DNA of 64,000 nt from a virus. Made by a program: the position numbers and the translations under genes. The stretch is from the IMG/VR virus record IMGVR_UViG_3300030693_000012, one strand, 5' to 3'. Shown here in pieces: positions 18,272 through 27,374 of the stretch (its first letter is position 1; each line of letters begins with the position of its first letter). A model generated the notes under the pieces. The model had not been told where the DNA came from. It saw nothing but the letters and a program-made list of their open reading frames with translations, and ran no database searches.

Positions 18272-19112
18272 GTGATCCTCCTTCGGGTTCAATCTTGCTG
18301 AACTGGTTGAGCGGGGCTTTGATGTAATTCGGTAGCTTCGGAATGAAGAACTCCGGCGCCTCTCCTGCGTTGATGTTATCCGACTTGAAGCGGTTGCGGA
18401 CGCAGGTGAGCCACTGGTCCGCCGTCCACTTCGGCCGCTTCTTCAGCTCTGCCTTGAGCCGAACAAAGGCGAGGCCAACCCAGGCACAGTCGACTCCCGG
18501 ATTCGCCAACTCCCAGAGTCGGTCGATCTCGTCGATCACACTTTTCCTCAGATCATCCGGAGAGATCATCACCTCCGCCTCGAAGAGGGGAGGTGTAGTT
18601 GCTTCTGGTTTACTGTTTATTGTTTTCTTCTTCCTATTATGGGATGCGTCCTCTGGCGTACCCGGTAGTGCAGCGCTGGCATACCCCCCCCCTTCTACAA
18701 CGGGGTTAGACACTACTATTTGCTGTTTCTGGCGTACCCCCTCTTCGGAGATAGGTTCCGGCTTTTCCGCAACATCAACAACCTTCCCAGATTGTGGAAA
18801 GCGCAGCTCGCAAAGCTTATAGAGGTTCACGCCGCCGCTCAATTTTCCCGACTCAATGACGATCATTTTCGCGTCGACCAGGACCTGAATTTCACGCTGA
18901 GTCGTCCGGAGGCTGATGCCGGCGAGCTTGGACAGCTTCGCGGCGCTGATGAAGGTTGTGGGCGCGTTGTAGCAATGCCTCGCCATGACCGAGTAGACGG
19001 CGTAAGCGAACACACCGATCTTCGCGAGATGGTCGTCGATCACGACGTTGTCGATTTGGAAGAAGTCTCGGGAGCGCATATCCCGGAGAACGAGCCGGTC
19101 AGAGTGAAGCAT
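18141..19112 (-). CDS. Phage replication initiator (N-terminal winged HTH)
   Basis: FFQIDN...AFAVYSVMARH...ISAAKLSKLAGISLRTTQREIQVLVDAKMI; low-complexity linker; C-terminal domain. Confidence 0.75.
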   Translation of the reverse strand: MLHSDRLVLRDMRSRDFFQIDNVVIDDHLAKIGVFAYAVYSVMARHCYNAPTTFISAAKLSKLAGISLRTTQREIQVLVDAKMIVIESGKLSGGVNLYKLCELRFPQSGKVVDVAEKPEPISEEGVRQKQQIVVSNPVVEGGGYASAALPGTPEDASHNRKKKTINSKPEATTPPLFEAEVMISPDDLRKSVIDEIDRLWELANPGVDCAWVGLAFVRLKAELKKRPKWTADQWLTCVRNRFKSDNINAGEAPEFFIPKLPNYIKAPLNQFSKIEPEGGSHGKTPGDRTRNAVAQVLNELDEIAAKTQGHSGSAGGYRWGDGD

Positions 19113-19196
19113 GGGCGGCCCTCAATGTCTCGATATCGCTGGCGTCCAGAGCAAACCACATCTGATGGACAAACAAACCTGCCAAGGCATCGTATT

Positions 19197-19832
19197 TCAT
19201 TGCTCGATCAACTCCGGCGTGGACTGCGCTGCTTCCATATAGCGAACGGCCAGCGTAGCACAGTCCGACGCGAGGTCGGGGTAGCGGTGCTGGCGGATGG
19301 TTTGGGTGGCGACGAGCATGTAGGACCACGGGGCCATGGGGGACGCCCACGCCTCGATGAAGATGTACTCGAAGGTATCGCTGCCGGTCGCGTCGAGGGC
19401 CACGCGCCACTCGTAGCTGTCGAAGCACCGCTCGGCCAGCTCATCGCCCAGCTCGTCCCCTATGAGGCGGTAGACGCGCACGGTCTTGTCCTGCACGTTG
19501 TCGATCTCCCCGAACACAGCGAGGTCGCCATAGATCTTCCAGAACTCGCCCTTTCCCTCTAGCCGGGGCAAGGCGGCGTCGAAGTCGAGGCCGCAATAGA
19601 AATCAAACTTCCCGGAAACGATCTCGTCCACAGAGTCACCTACGCGAAGGTTGAGCAGGGCATCCTTGAACGCGACGCCGGCCTCCTCCTCCAGTGTGGG
19701 GTTCTCGCGCTTCGCCACCCGGCCGCGGATGTACTCCTCCCAGGTCTCTTCCTCGTCACCATCGCGGGTCTTGAGAACCCCGTTCCACGCTTGGAATGCC
19801 GCTAGCTCGCTGATTTTGGCCTTCACCATCAC
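19197..19832 (-). CDS. PD-(D/E)xK-like recombination protein, catalytic motif apparently degenerate
   Basis: Follows the AAA ATPase; GEID followed by VYRL where DxK is expected. Confidence 0.5.
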   Translation of the reverse strand: MMVKAKISELAAFQAWNGVLKTRDGDEEETWEEYIRGRVAKRENPTLEEEAGVAFKDALLNLRVGDSVDEIVSGKFDFYCGLDFDAALPRLEGKGEFWKIYGDLAVFGEIDNVQDKTVRVYRLIGDELGDELAERCFDSYEWRVALDATGSDTFEYIFIEAWASPMAPWSYMLVATQTIRQHRYPDLASDCATLAVRYMEAAQSTPELIEQ

Positions 19833-20719
19833 TCTCCCTCCTCGACGAACGCGCCGAGCGCGGTGTCGTACTTCAGCCCGTAGTTGCCAGCAGCCTGATT
19901 GAGAGCGTAGCGCACCTCCGTCGATTCCTTTTTCACTTCCTTGATCATCTCGTTGAACGCGTCCGTGCTGTCGAGCGCGGCGAACTTCACCTTCCAGGCG
20001 TCGGTCGCGATTCGGTTCTTGGTCATCTCCTCCGAGCTGCTGTTGATGCTGGCCTTGATGTCGCGGATGACGTCAGCGAGGAAGTTGGGTGCCTTGAGCG
20101 GCGACGGCACAGTCAGGATCTCGAAGGCGGCCGGGTTCTTGCCGAGCGAACCCTCGCGCGGGGAGAAGTCCAGCTTCCGCTCCGCGCCGTCGATGTAGAG
20201 CTTCCCCATGGCGTCGCAGACCTTGTAGATTTCAGCCTTGGATCCGCCCTGAATGTCGAGCCGTTCCTTGAGGATGTCGCCCTCCTGCTTCTCATCCATG
20301 TGGGAGATCAGCACGACGTCCTTGCCGAAGCCGCGCATCTGATCCAGCCAGGCGGTGAACCTGCTCTTGGCGATCCCCCAGCCCTTGAGGTCGAGCGAGC
20401 CGCCGTTGCCCCGCTTGGCGTTGCCCGCGATGATGTCCCGGCTGAGGGCGTCGATCGCACGACCGGCGGTGTCGACGACGAGGGTGTTGAAGTCCTCCAG
20501 GTCGTCGCGTGTCATCCTCGCGATGTCGCTCCAGTCCGCCACCTGCACGCTGGCCTTGCGATTCTTCGCGCGGTGCGCGCCCTTGTCGAAGTCGAGGAGG
20601 AGAGGCTTGTCAGCGGTGAAGCCGAGCGTGGTCTTGCCCAACCCAGGAAGGGCATAGATTCCCATGACGATCTCGTTGATGACGATGACGTCGCTGGCGG
20701 CGGTAATTCGTAATGCCAT
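19829..20719 (-). CDS. Phage AAA ATPase (AAA_24/Sak4-like annealase)
   Basis: Walker A YALPGLGKTT, LLLDFDKG, Walker B LVVDT. Confidence 0.85.
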   Translation of the reverse strand: MALRITAASDVIVINEIVMGIYALPGLGKTTLGFTADKPLLLDFDKGAHRAKNRKASVQVADWSDIARMTRDDLEDFNTLVVDTAGRAIDALSRDIIAGNAKRGNGGSLDLKGWGIAKSRFTAWLDQMRGFGKDVVLISHMDEKQEGDILKERLDIQGGSKAEIYKVCDAMGKLYIDGAERKLDFSPREGSLGKNPAAFEILTVPSPLKAPNFLADVIRDIKASINSSSEEMTKNRIATDAWKVKFAALDSTDAFNEMIKEVKKESTEVRYALNQAAGNYGLKYDTALGAFVEEGE

Positions 20720-20825
20720 GGCGTAGCTCCGTGGAAGGGTTCGCGCGGAGACGACGGGGCTTTCTAGGCTCTCTGGCGCGCCCGCGAGGCGCAAAACAAA
20801 CGGCCAACCGCGAACGGCTGACCGG

Positions 20826-21026
20826 TTACTTCTTCAGTACGAGGTTGCCCGAAATGAACTGCTCCGCCAGCCAGAGAAAGAAGGGGCTGTTTTTCATCCC
20901 TTGCTTCTTGGCGGCCTTCGCGATGCGATCGCGCTGGTCGTCATCCTTCGGATACACGTTGAAGATGGTTGGCTTGCCCTGACGTTTATCGGGGGCTTGG
21001 GCCGTCTGCGTGCTGGTGGTTTCCAT
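20826..21026 (-). CDS. Ribbon-helix-helix-like transcription regulator, probably leaderless
   Basis: IFNVYP strand followed by two helices (RDRIAKAAKK; NSPFFLWLAEQFI); ATG 6 nt after a -10 hexamer. Confidence 0.6.
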   Translation of the reverse strand: METTSTQTAQAPDKRQGKPTIFNVYPKDDDQRDRIAKAAKKQGMKNSPFFLWLAEQFISGNLVLKK

Positions 21027-21032
21027 GAGCCG

Positions 21033-21061
21033 ATACTACCTAATCAGTAGTATCCAGTCAA
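21033..21061 (-). promoter_or_regulatory. Promoter TTGACT-N17-TAGTAT overlapped by operator ATACTAC-N7-GTAGTAT
   Basis: Inverted repeat at 21033-21053. Confidence 0.75.
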
Positions 21062-21545
21062 GGCTCGGGCTGTGCAAGTTGCGGAATACGCGGTGATTAA
21101 ACTTCCGCTGAAGACCGCGCAACATCGCCACGCGCGCCTTGCCCCACTTCGACGCCGGGCGCATACGCTTCAGCATGTCCAGCTCGGCGGCCACTTCGGT
21201 TTGACTTTCTTCACCGGCTTCACTGTTGCGCTCATTTGGTCCTTTCGGTTATTCTGGTCTTGCCTCACTCGAGGCGCTCTCTGCTCTGCCGGGTGCTTTA
21301 CCGCGAGTCTTGCACCTGACCTTCGACCTCAGCTTCGGCTGGGGTCGAAGTGTTTCTGGACACGCTTCGCCCGCTCCCGACCGCTTCGTCATCAACGAGC
21401 ATATCGACGTGGGCGCTCGGGACGGGCATTCCCTCTTCCACGCTGATCCACTGCGCGTCTAGCTGCTGGATTTGGACCGGGGAGATGAGGCCCATACTGG
21501 TCGGTTCGGCCCACTCGGGCTGCCGCGCCTTGAGTCCCCGGCTGT

Positions 21546-21767
21546 CTAGCAAATGTGGTGTTCCCGCTTGATGGCGTTGATCTGGCTCCACATGCCCTCA
21601 TGGCCGCCGATCCGCTTCATCGTCGCCCAGATGTCTTCGATCATGTGCTTGGCGCAGACCGGCTCGCCGTAGATCGCGAGATCGCAGCAATCTTCAACTT
21701 CACATTCGAGGTCGGGGTCGGGGAGGCGGTGACGGGGGTAATCTGTCGGATCGAAGTTGTAGGGCAT
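21546..21767 (-). CDS. Small Cys-containing early protein
   Basis: First gene after a promoter cassette; CEVEDCC...CAKH. Confidence 0.65.
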   Translation of the reverse strand: MPYNFDPTDYPRHRLPDPDLECEVEDCCDLAIYGEPVCAKHMIEDIWATMKRIGGHEGMWSQINAIKREHHIC

Positions 21768-21807
21768 TGTGTTTCCTCGTTTCTCAGTTTGGATAACCAC
21801 TATCTAA

Positions 21808-21848
21808 ATACTACTAAACCGGTCCGCAGAGTCAACAAAAATCGACAC
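21808..21848 (-). promoter_or_regulatory. Early promoter cassette (TTGACT-N16-TAGTAT)
   Basis: Shared GTGTCGATTTTTG block and leader TAGTGGTTATCCAAACTGAGAAACGAGGA. Confidence 0.8.
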
Positions 21849-22017
21849 GCGAACCGGTTTATTTTCCGTCACTTAGGCAAACACGCCCAGATGAGAGCGA
21901 GGCAGACCAGGACGAACAACGAGGTCAACGTCACCAGCCAGAACCACTCGTGACGCTCACGCTGCGGGGAGTTGAGGTTATCGAGAAGCTTCTCCCGTTC
22001 CGACTCGTAGGTCTTTT

Positions 22018-22500
22018 TCATCGGACGGCCTCTTCCTCGACCGTAGCAGCCTCCAGGTGAAGCTGGATCCGATTCAGCTCAGTGGTTCTACGTGAGTGAA
22101 GGTTGAGGGCGTCCCAGAGGTTCCTCGGGCGCGAGTCCTCGCCTTGGCCGCGATGGGCGGTCTCCGCCGGGTAGGGCACGAAGTCACGCTCGCACTCCAG
22201 GTAGTACACCGCGTCAGCGTCGAAGGGCTCGTGAGGCCCACGGGCGCATGCGCCGATCTCGAAGACGATAGAGCCATGGCGCGGGCCGTAGCCGTACTGG
22301 CAGTCGTGCCGCTGGTCGCCAAAGCTGGCGTAGTTTTTGAACCCGATGAACCCCTTCGAGAGAGCGTCACGCGGGTCGGTCATGATCTTGATGATGGCCT
22401 CTTCAATGAGCCGCTTCCGCCGGTCAGTGTTGGGGAGGCCGCGCATGTAAAGCTGCTTGGCCCCACGCTTGGCGCGTTGGATGTCGATTGGCTTATTCAC
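22018..22500 (-). CDS. Hypothetical phage protein
   Basis: KNYASFGDQRHDCQYGYGPRHGSIVFEIG motif; GTG start. Confidence 0.65.
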   Translation of the reverse strand: MNKPIDIQRAKRGAKQLYMRGLPNTDRRKRLIEEAIIKIMTDPRDALSKGFIGFKNYASFGDQRHDCQYGYGPRHGSIVFEIGACARGPHEPFDADAVYYLECERDFVPYPAETAHRGQGEDSRPRNLWDALNLHSRRTTELNRIQLHLEAATVEEEAVR

Positions 22501-22786
22501 CGGCGCTCCCTTCGTGGTTGTCATATTCCGGGGAGTCGAAGTCGATCCCGCAGTCAGATCCGATGAGGAGCATCGAAGTGTCCGCTCCGATCGCGTCGAG
22601 CATCTTGGCGGCGAGCTCTGGATCGAAGTCGAGGGGGAACTCCAGCATCTCCCGCGCCTTGCCAGCAATCGCCGCCGGCCAGACCTCGCAACCTCTCTTG
22701 CCACGCGCCTCGTAGAGCGAGCTGCCCCAGGCGAACATCTCGCCCTTGGCAAACCGCTTGCCCTTCAGCTTCGATTTCTTTGCCAT
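22493..22786 (-). CDS. Hypothetical protein
   Basis: MAKKSKLK start with RBS GGAG. Confidence 0.55.
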   Translation of the reverse strand: MAKKSKLKGKRFAKGEMFAWGSSLYEARGKRGCEVWPAAIAGKAREMLEFPLDFDPELAAKMLDAIGADTSMLLIGSDCGIDFDSPEYDNHEGSAGE

Positions 22787-22910
22787 GATGGTTCTCCAAT
22801 GAACTTGCCGGGGATCGGCCCCGGCTCCGGTTAGAGACACGCCAGAATGAGAGCGGCGACGGCCAGGATGAGGCCGAACGCCTTCAGGGAATCGGAGAGG
22901 TGAACCCGGC

Positions 22911-23249
22911 TCATACGGTCTTCCAGAACTCCTCGAGTTGCATCGAGGCTGGTTGAACGCTGGTCGGCTTCGGGTAGAGGATTTCGCCGCGATCCGCGTG
23001 GAACACGAGCCAGTCCAGACCGTTGCAGATGCGGACCTCCGTGCCCCGGCGCAGCGCGGCCTGAACGAGCAGGAGCGCGTGACCGGCGGTGATTTCCTCG
23101 TCGGGATACTTGATGGGACGGTCAGTGCTGAACCACTTATAACCTTCGTGCATCGAGTCGAAGTCGTAGAGGTAGAGCTTGAGCATCTCGCCCTTGACCA
23201 CTGGCTCGACGCCCATGCTGTCCCCCTTGTAGCTATACGGTGTTGCCAT
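22911..23249 (-). CDS. Hypothetical protein
   Basis: MATPYSY start with RBS GGGAG. Confidence 0.55.
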   Translation of the reverse strand: MATPYSYKGDSMGVEPVVKGEMLKLYLYDFDSMHEGYKWFSTDRPIKYPDEEITAGHALLLVQAALRRGTEVRICNGLDWLVFHADRGEILYPKPTSVQPASMQLEEFWKTV

Positions 23250-23574
23250 CGCTGGCTCCCTTCGGTGTGAGATCGAACAGTTCCGTCGGCATCCATCCAG
23301 CGCCGCCGGTCGGTGAGGGTAGAACGAAGATCGACTCGCGCGGAACTCGCAAATCCGGCCTGTCGACGTGGCCCCAGATGAGGACTTTTCTTTGGTCGAG
23401 ATCGACCTCGTAAACGTCCTCAATCTGGACATGCGTGCCCATGTCGGTGATTCCGTCAGCAGTGACGATGGCTTTCAGTTTGACGCTGATGATTCGCACT
23501 ACGCGGCCTCCTCGAAAGGAACTCCGAAAGCCAGGTGCTCTGCGAACGCGGAGGTGGTAAACTCCGCGGCCCAA
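23233..23574 (-). CDS. Hypothetical protein (start uncertain)
   Basis: ORF in a contiguous minus-strand run. Confidence 0.45.
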   Translation of the reverse strand: MGRGVYHLRVRRAPGFRSSFRGGRVVRIISVKLKAIVTADGITDMGTHVQIEDVYEVDLDQRKVLIWGHVDRPDLRVPRESIFVLPSPTGGAGWMPTELFDLTPKGASDGNTV

Positions 23575-23757
23575 GAGGCCAGCCTGAAGTGGAAGAAATG
23601 CTCGATCACGCGGAAGGTGATCACGGAGACGCCGATGAAGATGACCTTGCGGGTCACGAATCGACGCCAGTGGATGCGCTTGCGGCAGGAGAACATGGGG
23701 GCGTCCCTCCGCGAGTCTCGGGCTTTCGCCCGAGTACTCGCCAGTTGGAGTTGCGTT

Positions 23758-24726
23758 CTAGTTGACGCCCGCCATTTCTAGCGCGACGTTGACGGCGCTG
23801 CGTTTCAACCGTTCGCCATCCCCGAACCAAGAGGTTGCCAGGCGAGAGTCGTCCGTGCGTCCGCGCTCATAATCGGAGAAGTAGGTCACGGCGTTGACCG
23901 CGCCCCAGAGCGTTCCGTTGGCTGTCACGAGGTCAGAGCCGGGGCTGGTGAGGCGCGCTTTGCTGAGGCTCGTCACGGTGCGCGATGGGTTCCCGCGCGA
24001 ATCCTTGACGTTATCCTCGCCCAGCAGCCCGAGCATGAACTTCTCCCAACCCGCGTCGTCGATGGCGACCTTCGAAAGAATCTCGGCCGTCTCGTTCAGC
24101 TTCTGGGTGTCCTCGATCGCGAGGCCCATGACTTCGCGGGCTTCCTGTGCGACCTCGGGCGTCCATTCGCGGGTGTGGCGGATGCCAACCTGCGACCGGC
24201 CAGAGCTGAGGGCTTGCGTCAGCGTGTTGTGGCAGACCACCCGAACTTGGGTGGGCCGTCCAACCGTCTGCATCGTCGAGTCGTGCGAGGTAGCCAGGAG
24301 CATGTAGCCCTTCAGCTCATCCACGCCGCCCAACTTCACAGACGCGCCCTTCAGCTTCGCCAGCGCCCAGACCACAGCGCCCCCGCGAAGACCGCCAACC
24401 GTTTCCAGATCCGCGTGTCCGGCTTCGCAGTATTCCCGGAAGAAGTCGATGATCTGCTCGTTCTGCACGGGATGGTAGCGGTCGGTTGCGACCTGAAAGA
24501 CCCGCTCATTGTCCGAGCGCGTCACAGCCTTGAAGACCTTCAGGGAGTTGATGTTCATGCTGCCATCGTTCCCCTGCATCGACAGGTCGCGCATCTCTAC
24601 GCGCCAGTCCAGCCCGGCCAGCTTCCGCATTTCCTCGCCCGTCGATCCAGCGGGAACGTTGACGCCCAGCCCGTGCCAGGGTTTCGCTCCGACGTAGGCG
24701 ATCATGTTGTCAGTAATTTCATGCAT
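23758..24726 (-). CDS. DUF932 / TIGR03299-like phage protein
   Basis: AYVGAKPWHGLG...AGLDWRVE...YHPVQNEQ...TQVRVVCHNTL...TLWGAVNAVT. Confidence 0.9.
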   Translation of the reverse strand: MHEITDNMIAYVGAKPWHGLGVNVPAGSTGEEMRKLAGLDWRVEMRDLSMQGNDGSMNINSLKVFKAVTRSDNERVFQVATDRYHPVQNEQIIDFFREYCEAGHADLETVGGLRGGAVVWALAKLKGASVKLGGVDELKGYMLLATSHDSTMQTVGRPTQVRVVCHNTLTQALSSGRSQVGIRHTREWTPEVAQEAREVMGLAIEDTQKLNETAEILSKVAIDDAGWEKFMLGLLGEDNVKDSRGNPSRTVTSLSKARLTSPGSDLVTANGTLWGAVNAVTYFSDYERGRTDDSRLATSWFGDGERLKRSAVNVALEMAGVN

Positions 24727-24760
24727 TTGATTTGCTCTCCATTCTTGCCCCGCGAGGGCC

Positions 24761-25291
24761 TTATGCTTCTCTAGCGAATACTCCGTGGAGACGCCTAGCT
24801 GCTTGAATATAGGCGCCATGCGCCGCCTCCGGAGTGCTGAAATATCCGAGGTGGTGAACTTTACCGGACTTCGTAATCCGTGCTACCCAAAGCTGATGCT
24901 TTCCTCCCTTCCAAGTGACTCCCTTGAACCCAGAAGAGTTCGCAGAAGTCAGACCTCGATTGCTGCAATTCTGAGACCGAGTCGCAACTCTAAGATTTTG
25001 CTTGCGGTTATCAAGCGTATCCCCGTTTCGATGATCCCGATCCATTCCCTGCGGAGCTGGAACCAGCTCGCAATGCATGTATACGACTTTCCTCTTAGGC
25101 CCAGAGGTATCAGTGCGAACCGCATAGAATTTTCCCGATTTAGCCTTGGCTGCACACCAGGCATGGAGAGAAAGGTGCTCATAATCTTCGGCGTCGACCA
25201 TCGCGACCTTGCCCTGAGTCAACCCTATCAAACAAATAGAAGCATCTTTGGGCTGCTCAACACGGGCGCGAATTGTCTTCGGTCTAGCCAA
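24761..25291 (-). CDS. HNH-AP2 homing endonuclease
   Basis: LTQGKVAMVD...MH...DHRNGDTLDNRKQNLR...SSGFKGV...HLGYF. Confidence 0.9.
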   Translation of the reverse strand: MARPKTIRARVEQPKDASICLIGLTQGKVAMVDAEDYEHLSLHAWCAAKAKSGKFYAVRTDTSGPKRKVVYMHCELVPAPQGMDRDHRNGDTLDNRKQNLRVATRSQNCSNRGLTSANSSGFKGVTWKGGKHQLWVARITKSGKVHHLGYFSTPEAAHGAYIQAARRLHGVFAREA

Positions 25292-25317
25292 TGACTCACT
25301 CCAAACTTGATAACCTA

Positions 25318-25354
25318 ATACTACTATTCCAGCCAGCGGAGTCAACAAAAATCG
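25318..25354 (-). promoter_or_regulatory. Early promoter cassette (TTGACT-N16-TAGTAT)
   Basis: Shared CGATTTTTG block upstream of -35. Confidence 0.75.
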
Positions 25355-25368
25355 CCAAGAATTGCGAT

Positions 25369-25614
25369 TTATTTTCCGGCCCGCTTCATGCGCTGCTCGA
25401 TGATGATGGCGATGGTCTGCTCCCTGCTATTCGGGTAGCTCACACCATTCCGACATGCAACGTCGAAGGTCTGGCAAATCTCCCTCGCCGCCTCTGCAGC
25501 TATTTTCGCAGTGTCAAGGATTCCGGATTCCGGAATCGCAAGCGACCGGAGAGGCGACATGCAGGTGCCATGGAGGCCGCAGCAGTTTGGGGTGAAGCAG
25601 CTCTCACACTTCAT
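25369..25614 (-). CDS. Small Cys-rich hypothetical protein
   Basis: MKCESC...CCGLHGTC; contains the 19-bp palindrome in frame (IPESGI). Confidence 0.5.
   Translation of the reverse strand: MKCESCFTPNCCGLHGTCMSPLRSLAIPESGILDTAKIAAEAAREICQTFDVACRNGVSYPNSREQTIAIIIEQRMKRAGK
25519..25537. repeat. 19-bp palindrome, copy 3
   Basis: Exact match. Confidence 0.9.
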
Positions 25615-25895
25615 CCGGTCCCCTCGTCGAAGTCGAAGCAGTCCACGAAGATGGACGACGCCATCGGCGTCTCAGGGTCATCATTGGTCTTCGTCGGGTG
25701 CGCGAGCCTCATGGTCTTCACGCCGACCACTTCCGCCCCGCAGAACGCGCATCTTATATCGTCCACGTGGGTCTCGGAGACATCGACATCCAGAATCCGA
25801 TCGGCGTTGATGGGGAAGCTGGCTCTCTGGCGCTCGCAACATATAGCCCACCCGGGAAGGGCTTCGATTGGTTTCAGCTTGGCGCGGACGATCAT
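25611..25895 (-). CDS. Hypothetical zinc-binding protein
   Basis: CCER, CAFC and C-terminal DC motifs. Confidence 0.5.
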   Translation of the reverse strand: MIVRAKLKPIEALPGWAICCERQRASFPINADRILDVDVSETHVDDIRCAFCGAEVVGVKTMRLAHPTKTNDDPETPMASSIFVDCFDFDEGTG

Positions 25896-26434
25896 AGAAC
25901 CCCCGGAGGTAGATCGGCTGGGATGATGGCTTGGGCGTTTGGGTCAATCAGCTTCGAAGCGCACATGCGCCGAACCCGCTTCGCCTCCGCGTCGCACCAT
26001 TCGTTCACTTTGGACCTCGGCGCGTCGATGCCGCTGTGCCCGCGAACGTGCTTCACGAAGACGGTGAAGCTGCGCTTGTGGGCCTCGTACATCGCCTTCC
26101 GAGCGAAGACGATGCCGACCGCGTCCTTTCGGCCCCCGTTGTTCCACGGCTCGACTTTCAGATCCGACGTCTTCGCAGAGCGGGCGCCGTGCGCCACCAG
26201 AAGCCCCAGGGCGTGCAAGCTGTCCGATTGGGCGACGATCATGCCCCGGGCGCTGGGGAGGCCGTCTATGGCCGCCAGGATGCCCGAGCAGATGCCGACA
26301 GTCTCCGCCTCGTTGATCCCAGTGCAGGGCCACTCGACGGCCGCCTGAACCTTCTCAGGCCCGTCGCAGCGCGCCCAGTACGCGAAGCCGCCGGCTCCGT
26401 CCCAGTACGATGCGTCAGCGATTACGGTGATCAT
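25892..26434 (-). CDS. Ribonuclease HI-like protein
   Basis: IADAS, NEAE, QSDS, KHVRGHSG, NEWCD: full D-E-D-D catalytic set. Confidence 0.85.
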   Translation of the reverse strand: MITVIADASYWDGAGGFAYWARCDGPEKVQAAVEWPCTGINEAETVGICSGILAAIDGLPSARGMIVAQSDSLHALGLLVAHGARSAKTSDLKVEPWNNGGRKDAVGIVFARKAMYEAHKRSFTVFVKHVRGHSGIDAPRSKVNEWCDAEAKRVRRMCASKLIDPNAQAIIPADLPPGVL

Positions 26435-26435
26435 G

Positions 26436-26765
26436 TCAGCTCCAGACGTAGAAGAGTAACGCAACCATGGCGATGGCCGCCGCAGTCCACTTTGCGATGA
26501 GGGGCCGATGGTCCGGATCGCCGGTGCAAGCGTGACGAAGGTCGTCCATCTCGGATCCGAAGAAGAGGGTTTTGCACTCGCGGCACTGCCACCCGCGCTC
26601 GACATAGACCTTGCCCTTGGGAGTCTCGATCTCGAGGGTTCCAGTCCCGGGCGCCGGCTGCACCCACCAGTACCCGTCGAAGTGACAGGATGGCTTACTG
26701 ATCGGGTCGCGGCCATTCCGGTGGTACATGCTGCATGAGTCGTATATCCCCAGGTCCTCGATCAT
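26436..26765 (-). CDS. Hypothetical protein with C-terminal TM helix
   Basis: CRECK...HAC and a hydrophobic tail. Confidence 0.5.
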   Translation of the reverse strand: MIEDLGIYDSCSMYHRNGRDPISKPSCHFDGYWWVQPAPGTGTLEIETPKGKVYVERGWQCRECKTLFFGSEMDDLRHACTGDPDHRPLIAKWTAAAIAMVALLFYVWS

Positions 26766-27052
26766 TGCGCCTCCGGGGTTGGCGTTTGCACGACGTCGAA
26801 GGTGAGGCGCACCTTGTTCTGCGCGCTGGCCGCTTGGAGGATGATGCGGATTGCCCGCGCCATGCGCCCCTCGCGCCCAATCACCCGGCCAAGCTGCGGC
26901 TGCGGAAGCCCGACCAGGAACTTGATGCCGGTCTCGGACTTCTCCACCGTGAACGTGATGTGGCTGCCCTCGTCCACCAGGAGCCCAACCGTTGCCGTCA
27001 CGAAGTCGATCGCGGTCTTCGCCGCTGCATCGGTGTACGTTTGCCCTTGCAT
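26762..27052 (-). CDS. khpA: KH-domain RNA-binding protein, KhpA/YlqC-like
   Basis: 96 aa; LGRVIGREGRMARAIRIILQAASAQNKVRLTFDV with an intact GxxG loop. Confidence 0.85.
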   Translation of the reverse strand: MQGQTYTDAAAKTAIDFVTATVGLLVDEGSHITFTVEKSETGIKFLVGLPQPQLGRVIGREGRMARAIRIILQAASAQNKVRLTFDVVQTPTPEAQ

Positions 27053-27053
27053 A

Positions 27054-27374
27054 TCAACCCTTTCTGTTGGTGTCCGGATGTAGCCAGCTCCGGACTTTCG
27101 CTGGTGTTCCCCATGCCGCTGGGGGAACGTGGTACAGGAGGAAGAGGCCCAGCCCCTTGAGGCCGAACGTTGTGAGGCCCATGCCGGATCGATTGGCCGC
27201 CTCCGCGAAGTCGTTCTCGAACGCGGCGGTGAGGAAGCTGCCCATCGGAATCCGCTGGTCGAGGTAACGAACGATGCCTTCGTGGAGGTGCCAGGGGACG
27301 AGTTGCCAGCTCTCCAGCACAGCCTCGCGGTTGCCGAGGACATTCTCAGGAGGGTCGGCTAGCAGGTTCGCCAT
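27054..27374 (-). CDS. Hypothetical phage protein
   Basis: GIVRYLDQRIPMGSFLTAAFENDFAEA...AAWG motif. Confidence 0.65.
   Translation of the reverse strand: MANLLADPPENVLGNREAVLESWQLVPWHLHEGIVRYLDQRIPMGSFLTAAFENDFAEAANRSGMGLTTFGLKGLGLFLLYHVPPAAWGTPAKVRSWLHPDTNRKG

Noticed and set aside
18600-18800. Replication origin with iterons inside the initiator gene
   Set aside because: An AT-rich patch is present, but I could not identify convincing repeated iterons.
21027-21235. In-frame TGA in WTC*SVC, suggesting a selenoprotein or readthrough
   Set aside because: It is better explained by two small coupled ORFs (ATGCTGA overlap); no SECIS or recoding evidence elsewhere, and TGA acts as a normal stop in many genes.
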